A stretch of 64,000 bases of DNA from Candidatus Latescibacterota bacterium. GTDB taxonomy: Bacteria; Latescibacterota; UBA2968. Numbering within the stretch: position 1 is the stretch's first letter; each line of letters begins with the position of its first letter. Made by a program: the position numbers and the translations under genes. The stretch spans positions 4,704,001 through 4,768,000 of the forward strand of contig OZ242010.1 in assembly GCA_965204745.1 (NCBI GenBank), written 5' to 3'. Shown here in pieces: positions 11,206-20,971 of the stretch. The notes under the pieces were generated by a model. That model was not told where the DNA came from and searched no databases. It saw only the letters and a list, made by a program, of their open reading frames with translations.

Positions 11206-11350
11206 AGTTTAGCCACAAAAGGCACAAAAGGCACGAGCGGGGTATAACTGGCGATAGACAGTTCAAAGGCACGAGCGGGGTATAACTGGCGACAGACAGT
11301 TCAAAAGCACGAGCGGGATACAACTGGCGATAGACAGTTCAAAGGTGAGC
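11206..11350. repeat. Three tandem 38-bp units
   Basis: Direct-orientation homologue of 9850-9956 with one extra unit. Confidence 0.9.
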
Positions 11351-11397
11351 AGTGAGTGTAGGTCTTCTCCCGTCTTGCCTCTCACCTCTCACCTTTT

Positions 11398-12042
11398 TTA
11401 CGTGTCAAAATAGGGCAATGGCGTCTTTTCTCGGCGCATTTTTAAGAGGAAGGGCACGCGGAGATCGTGCCCTCGTGAAAGCGATGGCAATTTGTTTTCG
11501 CTATAAAAGTCGATTGCGGTCGCTTCCCATGTTATTTCGGGGTTGAGATTTTCGCACCTCATCTCAAAGACTGCATTGTAGAGATGCAGGTTGTTTCGGC
11601 TTTTCCATTTTCTCGAATCGAAGATGGCGAGCAGTTGGGTGGCGGTTCCTTTGAGGCGGGTTTCTTCGTAGAGTTCGCGCCGTGCTGCTTCGGCCCAAGA
11701 TTCGCCGACATCGACAAGGCCGCCGGGCAAGGCCCACAACCCGTCGTCGTGGCGTTTGATGAGCATGATGCTATCCCCCCTAAAAACAGCGGCTTCCACG
11801 CCCAAGAAGGGACAGACATGGGTTATGTCGTCGCGGTAGAGTGCCAAAATTTCGTCGGCATTGTGGCGGGTGAGCACGCTGATCATTCGGGCACTGATCG
11901 AGAGAATTTTTTTGTAGCGTTCTCGGTCGTGAATATTTTCTGTGTAGAACAAACCCCTGTTGGCAAGAGCGCGGAGTTCATCGGCAATGAGGGATAGGGC
12001 TTCGTTTGGAGGCATAGAGGTTGGCCTTGGGGTTATGGGCAC
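11398..12042 (-). CDS. Nudix hydrolase with Nudix_N domain (ADP-ribose pyrophosphatase-like)
   Basis: LRALANRGLFY..N..DRERY N-domain; WALPGG...EAARRELYEET. Confidence 0.88.
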   Translation of the reverse strand: MPITPRPTSMPPNEALSLIADELRALANRGLFYTENIHDRERYKKILSISARMISVLTRHNADEILALYRDDITHVCPFLGVEAAVFRGDSIMLIKRHDDGLWALPGGLVDVGESWAEAARRELYEETRLKGTATQLLAIFDSRKWKSRNNLHLYNAVFEMRCENLNPEITWEATAIDFYSENKLPSLSRGHDLRVPFLLKMRREKTPLPYFDT

Positions 12043-12046
12043 AACA

Positions 12047-13540
12047 CTACGGATTGATCAATTTGTAAAACTCGACCTTTCCATTGACGATGCGATTGAT
12101 AACCGCGCTCTTGGTCGGATGGCGGTTTTCGTTGTAGCGAGCGATCATCGTCGCGCCGCTGTAGTTTTGGGTCGCCGCGATTTGATCGCGGATCGCGTCG
12201 GGCGTCAAGTCCTCTGTGCGACACATCGCCTGAACCACCAAGCGCAGGGCGTCGTAGCCCATCGCAGCGCCCCCAGGGGGCGCGACGCCAAACACAGCGG
12301 TATAGGCGTCGATAAACCGATAGGCTTCTTCGCTCAAATCGTCCGGGCCGACTTGAGATGAAAAGTGACCGCTGAAAAAACTCCCGTCGAACGTAGCCCT
12401 ATTCATGGTAAGCAAGATCGCGTTGTCCCAGCTATCGCCGCCGAGAAAGGTCGCCAGGAGGTCGATGTCTCGTTTGGCTTGTCCAATGACGAGCGGTATC
12501 TCGGGGAAAAAGCCCGACAAAAAGACCACATCCGGCGCGGCTTGGGCTATGGCGGTCAATTGCGCGGTGAAGGTGGTATCCGCATCCATGTAAAATTCCC
12601 GCGCCACGAGCGCGCCGCCAGAGGCATTAAAATTGTCGGCGAAGGTTCGCGCCAATCCCTCTGAATAGATCGCGCCTTCTTGGGCGATGATCGCCGCGGA
12701 TTCCGCCCCCAACTCTCGGGCGGCAAACTGCGCCATCACCCTGCCCTGAAAGTCGTCTGTAAATGCCGCCATAAACACGAAGTCGCCCGCTGCTGTGACC
12801 GTGGGATTGGTGGCCGTGGTGGTCATCATCGGAACCCCGTGCGCTTGCGCGACTGCCGCGACCGCCACGGCATGCCCCGAGCGGTTGGGGCCGACGAGTG
12901 CCATGACTTCCCGTTGGGCAATCAATTCTTCTGCGGCCTCTGCGGCGTATTCGGGGGTGGTCAGGCCGCCGCGGGGGATGAGCTCTATCGGCACGCCGCG
13001 CACCCCGCCCGCTTCGTTCATTTGCATCGCCGCCAACTCCGCGCCTCTCAACGTATTGCTTCGGGAAAGCGCGGTATAGAGAACGCCGATTTTAAGGGTC
13101 AATGGCGTTGACCGCCTCACCCGCGCCTTTCCGTCAATGGGCAAATCGAGACGCGCCTCGTAGCCGCGGTTGATCGGAATGCTCGTCCACGCGCCGATCT
13201 CGCGCCCATCCAGCGTTGCGCGTGCGAGATAATAACCCGTCACATCGCCCGACGCGATCTCCACCCGCGTCTGTCCCTCCTCATCGGTCATCCCCGACCA
13301 CTGATACGACGCGGCCTGCCCCGCGATAGAACGCGAAAATTCGACTGTCACACCGGTCACGGGCCGATCATCTCGGCGCAAAGTCGCCACCACCACCGCT
13401 TGGGGCGCGGTGCTCTGTCCCACAGCCACTTTGCCCAAGGGCCGCCCGACCTGCTCCTGCTCGCCTGACTGCATCACGCGCTCGCCCCCACATCCCCACA
13501 ACAGGGCGAGCATCAATACCATCGCACAACGCCTCGACAT
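12047..13540 (-). CDS. Lipoprotein: N-terminal beta-rich module fused to a LivJ-type ABC substrate-binding domain
   Basis: Lipobox LWGC; GAELA..QMNEAGGVRG, ATNPTVT, DFQG, GYDAL in the C-terminal ~350 aa. Confidence 0.85.
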   Translation of the reverse strand: MSRRCAMVLMLALLWGCGGERVMQSGEQEQVGRPLGKVAVGQSTAPQAVVVATLRRDDRPVTGVTVEFSRSIAGQAASYQWSGMTDEEGQTRVEIASGDVTGYYLARATLDGREIGAWTSIPINRGYEARLDLPIDGKARVRRSTPLTLKIGVLYTALSRSNTLRGAELAAMQMNEAGGVRGVPIELIPRGGLTTPEYAAEAAEELIAQREVMALVGPNRSGHAVAVAAVAQAHGVPMMTTTATNPTVTAAGDFVFMAAFTDDFQGRVMAQFAARELGAESAAIIAQEGAIYSEGLARTFADNFNASGGALVAREFYMDADTTFTAQLTAIAQAAPDVVFLSGFFPEIPLVIGQAKRDIDLLATFLGGDSWDNAILLTMNRATFDGSFFSGHFSSQVGPDDLSEEAYRFIDAYTAVFGVAPPGGAAMGYDALRLVVQAMCRTEDLTPDAIRDQIAATQNYSGATMIARYNENRHPTKSAVINRIVNGKVEFYKLINP

Positions 13541-13830
13541 TACAACCTCCTTTGGAAGTATAAACTGACCTGTCCCATCTCCGTAGGGACAGGCCCTCGT
13601 GCCTGTCCTCGCACTTAGCGACGCGGCGGGGGCTGAACGCTATTTTCCCCAAACCGCAGAAGTGTATCAATAAACGAAAAAATGAAAAGTGAAAACACAA
13701 AAAAATCAACCGCGATATTCCACGGGAAATACCCATTGACACCACCGCAACCCGCCATAAATTCACCGCAACCGCATGCCATCCCGGTTTCAACGGGACA
13801 AACGCCTATCGCAAAAAAGGGAGGCACGCC

Positions 13831-14820
13831 ATGAAGAACCTGTCATACATCCTGATGCTCGCAACACTCCTCGTTTCGTGTTCTGATTCTGAAAAAAAAG
13901 TATTGGCGTGCGTGAAAATCGGTGATAAGTGGGGGTATATCAACCCGAAAGGCGAGATCGTTATCAAATTGCAATTTGACGATGCGGGGTCTTTTTCCGA
14001 AGGATTGGCGCGTGTGAAAATCGGTGATAAGTGGGGGTATATCAACCCGAAAGGCGAGATCGTTATCAAACCGCAATTTGACAATCGACCGGGGTCTTTT
14101 TCCGAAGGGTTGGCGCAGATGAAAATCGGTGACTTCTTCCGTAGCAAGTATGGGTATATCAACCGGAAAGGGAAGATCGTTATCAACCCGCAATTTGACT
14201 ATGCGTGGCCTTTTTCAAAAGGGTTGGCGCGTGTGAGAAGCGGTGACAAGTATGGGTATCTCAATCATTTCACTTCCGTGAATCGGGTCGAGTTCCTTCT
14301 GAGATTCGGTGACAAGTATGGGTATATCAACCCGCAAGGCGAGATCGTTATCAAACCACTTGACTCTGCGGAGTTTTCTTCAGAAGGGTTGGCACTGGTG
14401 GAAAGCGGTGACAAGTGGGGGTATATCAACCTGAAAGGCGAGATCGTTATCGAGCCGCAATTTGACCGTGCGTGGCCTTTTTCAGAAGGGTTGGCGGGTG
14501 TGAAAATCGGTGGCAAGGAGGGGTATATCAATCCGAAAGGCGAGATCGTTATCGAGCCGCAATTTGACTGGGCATGGCCTTTTTCAGAAGGGTTGGCGCG
14601 TGTGAGAAACGGTGCTAAGTGGGGGTATATCAACCCGAAAGGCGAGATCGTTATCAAACTGCAATTTGACTGGGCGGGGTGGTTTTCAGAAGGGTTGGCG
14701 TGGGTGAACATCGGTGGCAAGGATGGGTATATCAACCCGAAAGGCGAGATCGTTATCAAACCGCAATTTGACGATGCGGGGTCTTTTTCCAATGTGCATA
14801 AAACCTTAGTCATCCCCTGA
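13831..14820 (+). CDS. WG-repeat lipoprotein
   Basis: Lipobox LVSC; about eight repeats of KWGYINPKGEIVI.PQFD.A..FSEGLA.V. RBS GGGAGG. Confidence 0.92.
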   Translation: MKNLSYILMLATLLVSCSDSEKKVLACVKIGDKWGYINPKGEIVIKLQFDDAGSFSEGLARVKIGDKWGYINPKGEIVIKPQFDNRPGSFSEGLAQMKIGDFFRSKYGYINRKGKIVINPQFDYAWPFSKGLARVRSGDKYGYLNHFTSVNRVEFLLRFGDKYGYINPQGEIVIKPLDSAEFSSEGLALVESGDKWGYINLKGEIVIEPQFDRAWPFSEGLAGVKIGGKEGYINPKGEIVIEPQFDWAWPFSEGLARVRNGAKWGYINPKGEIVIKLQFDWAGWFSEGLAWVNIGGKDGYINPKGEIVIKPQFDDAGSFSNVHKTLVIP

Positions 14821-14956
14821 AAGCCGATTGCTAAAAAAAATAAAAAGCCCCATCTGAAATCGCTTGTGCGACCTCGGATGGGGCGATTTTTTGGTGCCTG
14901 TGCGTTTTGTCGCGTACCATGAACCGAATCAGAGCCTTTATCTTCCGATTTATGGA

Positions 14957-17900
14957 TCAATCCGCTGTTTGGGCGTCGTCTGTCCAGCGGGTGGACCTTT
15001 GGAAACTCAGCGCGGCAATCCGTTTGAGTGCGCCGCGCAAATCGTCCAACAAAATGTAGAACAGGGGAATCACAAACAGGGTCAGAGCCGTTGATACAAT
15101 CAACCCGCCCATCATGGTAATGCCCAGTGGCGCGTAGGGCATGCCCATCATCGTGCTGCTGCCAATCGCCATCGGAAACAAGCCGAACACGGTCGTGCAG
15201 GTCGTCATCAAAATGGGCCGAAAGCGATTGTGACCGGCCGCCCTAATCGCCTCGGTGCGATCCATACCCGATAGGCGCGAGCGGTTGATCATATCGACCA
15301 GCACTATCGCGTTGTTGACCACCACCCCGATCAGCACTATCGCGCCTACATTGGCCATAAAATCCATTGTCGTGCCCGTCAGCCACAAGCCCCAGTACAC
15401 GCCCAAAAACGAAAATGGAATGGCAAAAATCACGGCAAAGGGCAAAATGACCGACTCGAACAACACGCCCATCAGCAAAAACACAAATGTAATCGCCATC
15501 ACAATGGCGAAAGTCATGGCCTGACTTTCCCGGCTGTATTCCGAATGCCGCTCGCCCTTGTTCCACTCGTACCCTCGCGGCAGGGTGAACCCATCCATCG
15601 CGTCGTCGATCTCTCGATACATCCCGTCGATATCGGCCTTGGTGGTATAGACGCGCACGCGCAACCGGTTGCGCCCATTGTGCCTGAAAATATGGCTCGG
15701 CCCCTTGGTGATTTCAAAGGTCGCAAAACTCGACAAGGGCAATTTTTCGCCCGCATCGGTTACAAACGTAAAATTCTTCAACTGCACCAGCGATTGCCGG
15801 TCCGATTCGTCCAAAATCAGTTGCACGTCCACCTCGTGGTCGTCCGTCTGAAACCGCGGCAAGGTGGCCCCGCGCAGTTGGTACGCCAGGGTGCGGCTGA
15901 TCCGCTCTGCGGGAATCCCGTGTTTTTTCGCCTGTACGCGGTTGATGCGGATGCGGATCTCGTCTTTGCCAAATTCCAAGTCGCTCTGCAAACTCGTCAC
16001 GGCCGGGATTTGCTGCAACCGGCGTTCCACCTCCCCGAGCATGTCTTCCAATTTTTCAAAATCCGGCCCGTACAAATACACGCTCACGTAGGGATCGCGC
16101 CCGCCGGAACTGCGCGATTCCACGGACACGCGAAAGCCCACGTAGCGCGGCACGTCCCGGTTGAGTTCGTCGATGATCGCTTTGCGCGTCATCCACTGCG
16201 CCACGGGAAAGCCGATGCCCTTGCGCGCCCAGCGATACACCGCGTACCACCACGCTCGATGCGGGTCTTCTTCGAGATTCATCCGCAAATTGATGTACCC
16301 GCGCCGGAAGTACGTCATGACATTTTTGATTTTGTACCGGTCGCGGCGTTCATTCACGTAATTTTCGAGGTCGCGCGCAATTTTGTCCATTTCTTCCAAT
16401 GAAAAATTGTTGGGGCCGTACATGCGAATGGTCACGCGGTTCGAGGAAAAACTCATCTTATCCGTTTTCTTCACCTTCTCTATGGGAAAGACGATGGTGG
16501 CGAACAACAGGAGCGCGATCAAAAACGCATCCCTGCGGTGGTGAATGGCCCAGTTCAGGCAACGCCCGTACAGGCTACGCGCAACTGCGATGGACTTCGG
16601 GTCGGCGCGCACGACCACATCGCCAAACCGCTGTGCGGCCAGGGGGATGAACAACAGCGCGACGAACAAAGACGCCACCAGCGCGAACACCACGGGCATC
16701 CCGATTTTCGACAACAAGAATTTCATGTCAAAGCTGTCGTTCATCAACATCATCGGCAAGAAGACCACCACGGTGGTCAGGGTTGCCATCGTGATCGCCA
16801 GCCCCACTTCGCTCGCGCCGTAAATAGACGCCCGGCGCGCATCTTCGCCCGAGGCCCGCAACCGGTAGATGTTCTCCACGATCACTATCGCATTATCGAC
16901 CACCATGCCCACGCCCACCATCAAGCCCATCATCGTCAGCAAATTGAGGGACCAGCCCATAAAATAGAGCACGGTCACGGTCAGCATCACGCACAGGGGA
17001 ATGGACAAGGTGATCAGCGCGGTCATCCGCACGGCGCGCAAAAAGAACAACAACACCAGCGCGGCGAACAACCCGCCCCACAAACCCGTGACTTTCAAAT
17101 TGTCCATCGAGTCTTCGATCAACTTGCCCTCGCTGTAAAACAAGCGGAACGCGGCCGGGGTAGTGGCTTCGATGCGCGCCATCTCGCCCACGACTCGTTT
17201 GCACAGATCCACGATGTTCTCGCCGGATTCTTTGTACACATCCAAGCCCAAATTGCGTTGCCCATCCACGCGCCACACCCGGTCTCGGGGCGGTGCCGCG
17301 TACACCACGTCGGCCACGTCTTTGAGGCGCACCTGCGCGGTGCTGTGCCGGCTTTGCACGGCGATGGTTTCGATTTCCGTTAGGCTTTGATAATGCGCCA
17401 ATGACCGCACGTACAACCGCTTCCCGCCTTCGCGGATGTGCCCGGCAGACAGGGAAAAATTGTCCTGTTGCAAGGATGCCACGAGTTCATGCGTCTCGAT
17501 GCCGTGCGTCCGCATGCGCTCTTGATCCACCAAGATCAACACTTCCTTGTCCTCAAACCCCCAGATGCTGGTCTTTGCCACGCCGTCGATCCGTTCGATG
17601 GGATCGATCACATGGGTTTGCACCCATTGTTCCTTGTCCGCAATCTCCTCTGGGATGGACAGGCCCGTCCAGATCACCTCGGAATCGGTTTCCTGATTCC
17701 ACGAATACACCTTGATTCTATCGCGCACTTCTTCGGGCAAATCGAGTTTGGCATGCTCCAACCGGTCTGCCACGCGCGTGTATGCATCGCGCATGTCTGT
17801 GCCGCGGTGAAACTTGAGCTCGACCCCGGCCCACGGGTTGCCGGCAAAAGCGTAAATATCGCTGAGTTCGCGCACGGTTCGCATGTGCCGTTCCATCGGC

Positions 17901-18121
17901 AATGCGATGGTGTGAAACCGCTCTTGCACGGACGCATTTTCCTGCGCCACATCCACCCAAAACCGGTTCCAGTCATTGCCCGACGCCCACGCCTGAATGG
18001 GAATGCGCCAATACGCCACCAACCCAATCACCATCAGCCCGACCAAACACATGGTCACGGTGACGGGCCGCATGATGGAGATGCGGGGGAGGAGGGAGGA
18101 TTTTGTTTGTTTGTTGGTCAT
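14957..18121 (-). CDS. RND efflux permease (AcrB/AcrD/AcrF family)
   Basis: 1054 aa; GMVVDNAIVIVENI, GVVVNNAIVLVD, RFRPILMT. Confidence 0.95.
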   Translation of the reverse strand: MTNKQTKSSLLPRISIMRPVTVTMCLVGLMVIGLVAYWRIPIQAWASGNDWNRFWVDVAQENASVQERFHTIALPMERHMRTVRELSDIYAFAGNPWAGVELKFHRGTDMRDAYTRVADRLEHAKLDLPEEVRDRIKVYSWNQETDSEVIWTGLSIPEEIADKEQWVQTHVIDPIERIDGVAKTSIWGFEDKEVLILVDQERMRTHGIETHELVASLQQDNFSLSAGHIREGGKRLYVRSLAHYQSLTEIETIAVQSRHSTAQVRLKDVADVVYAAPPRDRVWRVDGQRNLGLDVYKESGENIVDLCKRVVGEMARIEATTPAAFRLFYSEGKLIEDSMDNLKVTGLWGGLFAALVLLFFLRAVRMTALITLSIPLCVMLTVTVLYFMGWSLNLLTMMGLMVGVGMVVDNAIVIVENIYRLRASGEDARRASIYGASEVGLAITMATLTTVVVFLPMMLMNDSFDMKFLLSKIGMPVVFALVASLFVALLFIPLAAQRFGDVVVRADPKSIAVARSLYGRCLNWAIHHRRDAFLIALLLFATIVFPIEKVKKTDKMSFSSNRVTIRMYGPNNFSLEEMDKIARDLENYVNERRDRYKIKNVMTYFRRGYINLRMNLEEDPHRAWWYAVYRWARKGIGFPVAQWMTRKAIIDELNRDVPRYVGFRVSVESRSSGGRDPYVSVYLYGPDFEKLEDMLGEVERRLQQIPAVTSLQSDLEFGKDEIRIRINRVQAKKHGIPAERISRTLAYQLRGATLPRFQTDDHEVDVQLILDESDRQSLVQLKNFTFVTDAGEKLPLSSFATFEITKGPSHIFRHNGRNRLRVRVYTTKADIDGMYREIDDAMDGFTLPRGYEWNKGERHSEYSRESQAMTFAIVMAITFVFLLMGVLFESVILPFAVIFAIPFSFLGVYWGLWLTGTTMDFMANVGAIVLIGVVVNNAIVLVDMINRSRLSGMDRTEAIRAAGHNRFRPILMTTCTTVFGLFPMAIGSSTMMGMPYAPLGITMMGGLIVSTALTLFVIPLFYILLDDLRGALKRIAALSFQRSTRWTDDAQTAD

Positions 18122-18174
18122 GTGGTCATGTGGTCAGTGGTCAGTGGTCATGTGGTCAGTGGTCAGTGGTCAGT
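18114..18174. repeat. Hepta/octamer tandem repeat (gtggtca/tgtggtca)
   Basis: About eight units overlapping the RND start codon. Shorter runs near 19680, 45130 and 51196. Confidence 0.85.
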
Positions 18175-18414
18175 CCCCGCCTGTCCCTTCCGCCGCTTAA
18201 ACAATCAAGTATCTAATATCATTCCTGCGAAAGCAAGCGTCTAGTGACTTTTTGCACTTCTACACAATATAGACACATCCCTGACCGATTCGGTTTTCTT
18301 TTTCGCAAAAAATCCACATAGCCAATTCTCGCGCTGTTATCGTTTGACTTTGGTCGCGCTCGCGTTTATATTTGTCGTGTTCGTTTTGGAAAGGCATCGA
18401 CAAAGGAGGTTGAA

Positions 18415-18747
18415 ATGGCAGATCGAGAATTGGATCAACGCATTGGACTTGCAGAGTTACGCGGTGAAATGGTGCAGATGAACAAGCGCGTTGACGATGT
18501 GAACAGGCGCATTGACGATGTGAACAAGCGCATTGACGATGTGAACAGGCGTATTGATGGCGTGGATAAGCGCATTGACGAAGTGAATAGGCGCATTGAC
18601 GATCTCCGCACTGAAGTTCGCGCAGAAATTGCGGATGTTCGCGCAGAAATTCGGGATCTGCGGGCTACGTTGCGATGGGTGATCGGCATCCAAGTCACGA
18701 TGTTTATCGTTTTGGCTGGCCTGATTTTGCGCGGCATCGGGTCGTAA
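18415..18747 (+). CDS. Coiled-coil protein with heptad repeats and C-terminal TM helix (Bdr/DUF1640-like)
   Basis: RBS AAAGGAGG; 21-bp DNA repeats encoding (N.RIDDV)n; hydrophobic C-terminus. Confidence 0.85.
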   Translation: MADRELDQRIGLAELRGEMVQMNKRVDDVNRRIDDVNKRIDDVNRRIDGVDKRIDEVNRRIDDLRTEVRAEIADVRAEIRDLRATLRWVIGIQVTMFIVLAGLILRGIGS

Positions 18748-18772
18748 AATCTGACGAACAGAACAAAAATTG

Positions 18773-18806
18773 AAGCCCTTCTGCAAAACAGGAGGGCTTT
18801 TTTTTC
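18773..18806 (+). terminator. Intrinsic terminator
   Basis: aagcccttctg-caaaa-caggagggctt followed by a T tract. Confidence 0.75.
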
Positions 18807-18865
18807 GGTCTCGAACCGAGGCGAAGAGACGCTTGCGATAGATCGCCATAACTTCAATCCTCAAA

Positions 18866-19660
18866 CTACGGCGTGCTTCGGCGGGTGCCGCCGTCCATGT
18901 AGATCGAACTGCCGAACACGTAAGAACACGGCTCGGACGACAAAAATGCCACGACATTTGCGATCTCTTCGGGTTCGGCCATGCGCCCGGCGGGCAATGC
19001 CGCGCCCAACTCGTCGAGCACGGCTTCGACATCGCGGCCCTCGCGGTCTGCACGCGGTCGTTGCTGTGCGCGCGCTCGCGGGGTATTGGTCAGGCCAGGG
19101 CAAACCGCGTTCACCAAAATGCCATCGCCTGATACCGCATCGGACAACGCTCGCGTCATGTTCAAAATGGTGATGTTGGCGGCCCCGGTGGGGATATTGT
19201 TGCGCGTGGGGCTCGTGCCTGCGCCGCCCGCGATATTGACGATGCGCCCCCAGCCATTTGCCCGCATCAGCGGAATCACGCGCTGCGCCATCCGCAAGTA
19301 GCTATACGTTTTCAACTGCAATGCCTCGCTGATGTGCGCGGCGTCCAAGTGCAAAATATCGGCATTGCGCGCGGCCCCCACATTGTTGACCAAAATATCC
19401 ACGCCGCCAAATGCGCGCACTGTCTCATCCACGACCGCGTCGCAATTTTCGCGCACGGTCAGATCGATTGCAACCGCATGCCCTTCGCCACCTGCCGCGT
19501 CGATCTCGGCGACCACCGAATCCAATGTTGCCCGCGTGCGTGCAGCAATACACACGCGCACTCCTTCCCGCGCCAATGCCAAGGCGCAACACCGGCCAAT
19601 GCCCTGACTGCCACCGGTCACGATGGCGCGTTTTTCTCGCAATCCCAAATCCATTGCCAT
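18866..19660 (-). CDS. SDR family oxidoreductase
   Basis: TGGSQGIG, DILVNNVG, VNAVCPG, MDGG. The catalytic YxxxK is not evident. Confidence 0.9.
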   Translation of the reverse strand: MAMDLGLREKRAIVTGGSQGIGRCCALALAREGVRVCIAARTRATLDSVVAEIDAAGGEGHAVAIDLTVRENCDAVVDETVRAFGGVDILVNNVGAARNADILHLDAAHISEALQLKTYSYLRMAQRVIPLMRANGWGRIVNIAGGAGTSPTRNNIPTGAANITILNMTRALSDAVSGDGILVNAVCPGLTNTPRARAQQRPRADREGRDVEAVLDELGAALPAGRMAEPEEIANVVAFLSSEPCSYVFGSSIYMDGGTRRSTP

Positions 19661-19777
19661 TCTCCAATCACTGCCACGCGGTCAGCGGTCAGCAAAACAA
19701 GCGTTAGCGCTTTGGGCGGATCTGAAAGCATTTCGCCTTCGGCCGGGCGAGTTGCCTTTCTGTTCATCTGCGGATAC

Positions 19778-20638
19778 TCAATCCCACGCGGTCAGGCCCA
19801 GCAACTTTTCGCCCAATGCGGTCAACTGCGCGGGTTGCTGGGTTTTGTGTTCCCAATCCCTCGGATCGCCCGGCCAGCGCGGCGTGGGCCTGCATTCTCG
19901 CCATGCCTGCACGCGCTCTTGTCGCTCGGCCTCGCCGCGGCCTTCTGCGGGCGACATGGTGATGTATTGCGCCAAGCGGGGCCTGTCCGAGCGGTTGTGC
20001 CCATTGCCGTGGGCGAGCAACCGATGCCAGATCAGCAAATCCCCGGCTTTGCCCGGAATGGACTTCACCTCCATGCCATCCAAATTCGGACGCCGCGGAT
20101 CGCGGTCTACCGGCTGGGTCTCAAGCCACTCTTCAAAATAATTATGGAACCCCGGCACGCATTGAAACCCGCCTTGATCCGCTGACGTCTCCGTCAAATA
20201 CAACACTCCTTGCACCCCAAACGGCACGTTGGGCACGGATGTATCCGTGTCCCAGTGGATCATCCCCTCGTTTTGCCAATCGGGTTTGTCCGGCCGTGAC
20301 GGCGGCTTCATGTTCGCGCGGTCCAGCGACACCCACAACTTTTCCGTGCCCCAAATCTCGGAAAACGCCCGATGCACTTTGGGATATTGCCGGTTGTCCC
20401 ACAGGGCTTGGTGCTGATAGATTTCCACCATCCCGGACGCGGAGATCATCGAACATGGATTGCCTCGCGTATAGGGTTTGTACTTGTACCAATCCTCTAT
20501 ATTGCGGGGATCCATATCCAAGAACGCCCAGATCGCATCCACCATCGCATCCAGATTCTCCTGCGGCACGGCGTCGTGAATCACCACGTACCCGTTCTCG
20601 TGCCAAAAATCCCGATCCCGCTGACTCAAAACAGACAT
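19778..20638 (-). CDS. Phytanoyl-CoA dioxygenase (PhyH) family protein
   Basis: FWHENGYVV, HxD (HWD), GDLLIWH..LAHG, RLAQY. ATG follows AAAGGAG. Confidence 0.9.
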   Translation of the reverse strand: MSVLSQRDRDFWHENGYVVIHDAVPQENLDAMVDAIWAFLDMDPRNIEDWYKYKPYTRGNPCSMISASGMVEIYQHQALWDNRQYPKVHRAFSEIWGTEKLWVSLDRANMKPPSRPDKPDWQNEGMIHWDTDTSVPNVPFGVQGVLYLTETSADQGGFQCVPGFHNYFEEWLETQPVDRDPRRPNLDGMEVKSIPGKAGDLLIWHRLLAHGNGHNRSDRPRLAQYITMSPAEGRGEAERQERVQAWRECRPTPRWPGDPRDWEHKTQQPAQLTALGEKLLGLTAWD

Positions 20639-20859
20639 CGTTCTCGCTCCTTTCAAATCATTTTCCTGCAACATCGGGCAGAATTTCTCTAATTTTTGAC
20701 AGCGTTCCAAGCAGTGGCGATCATCGTCCGCCAGAGTCCGCCATCAGAAAGCAGTATAACCAGCCCGGTCGGCTTCGCGCTACTATTTTCTTACCGGGCG
20801 CGAGTTTGGGTTTGAAATGAAAAAAGGCCGTAAGGATGGATGCCCCTACGCCCTTTTTT

Positions 20860-20935
20860 TGGTGACCCCGAGGGGAGTCGAACCCCCGTCTCCAGAGTGA
20901 GAGTCTGGTGTCCTAGGCCACTGAACGACGGGGTC
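20860..20935 (-). tRNA. tRNA-Glu (CTC)
   Basis: Acceptor GACCCCG/CGGGGTC, anticodon arm CCAGA-CTCTCAC-TCTGG, GTTCGA T-loop, encoded CCA. Confidence 0.96.
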
Positions 20936-20971
20936 ACCCAAATGCGATGGCAAGAACCTAACAAAGACCGA

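Noticed and set aside
9850-11350. CRISPR repeats (38-bp unit)
   Set aside because: Units are directly head-to-tail with no spacers.
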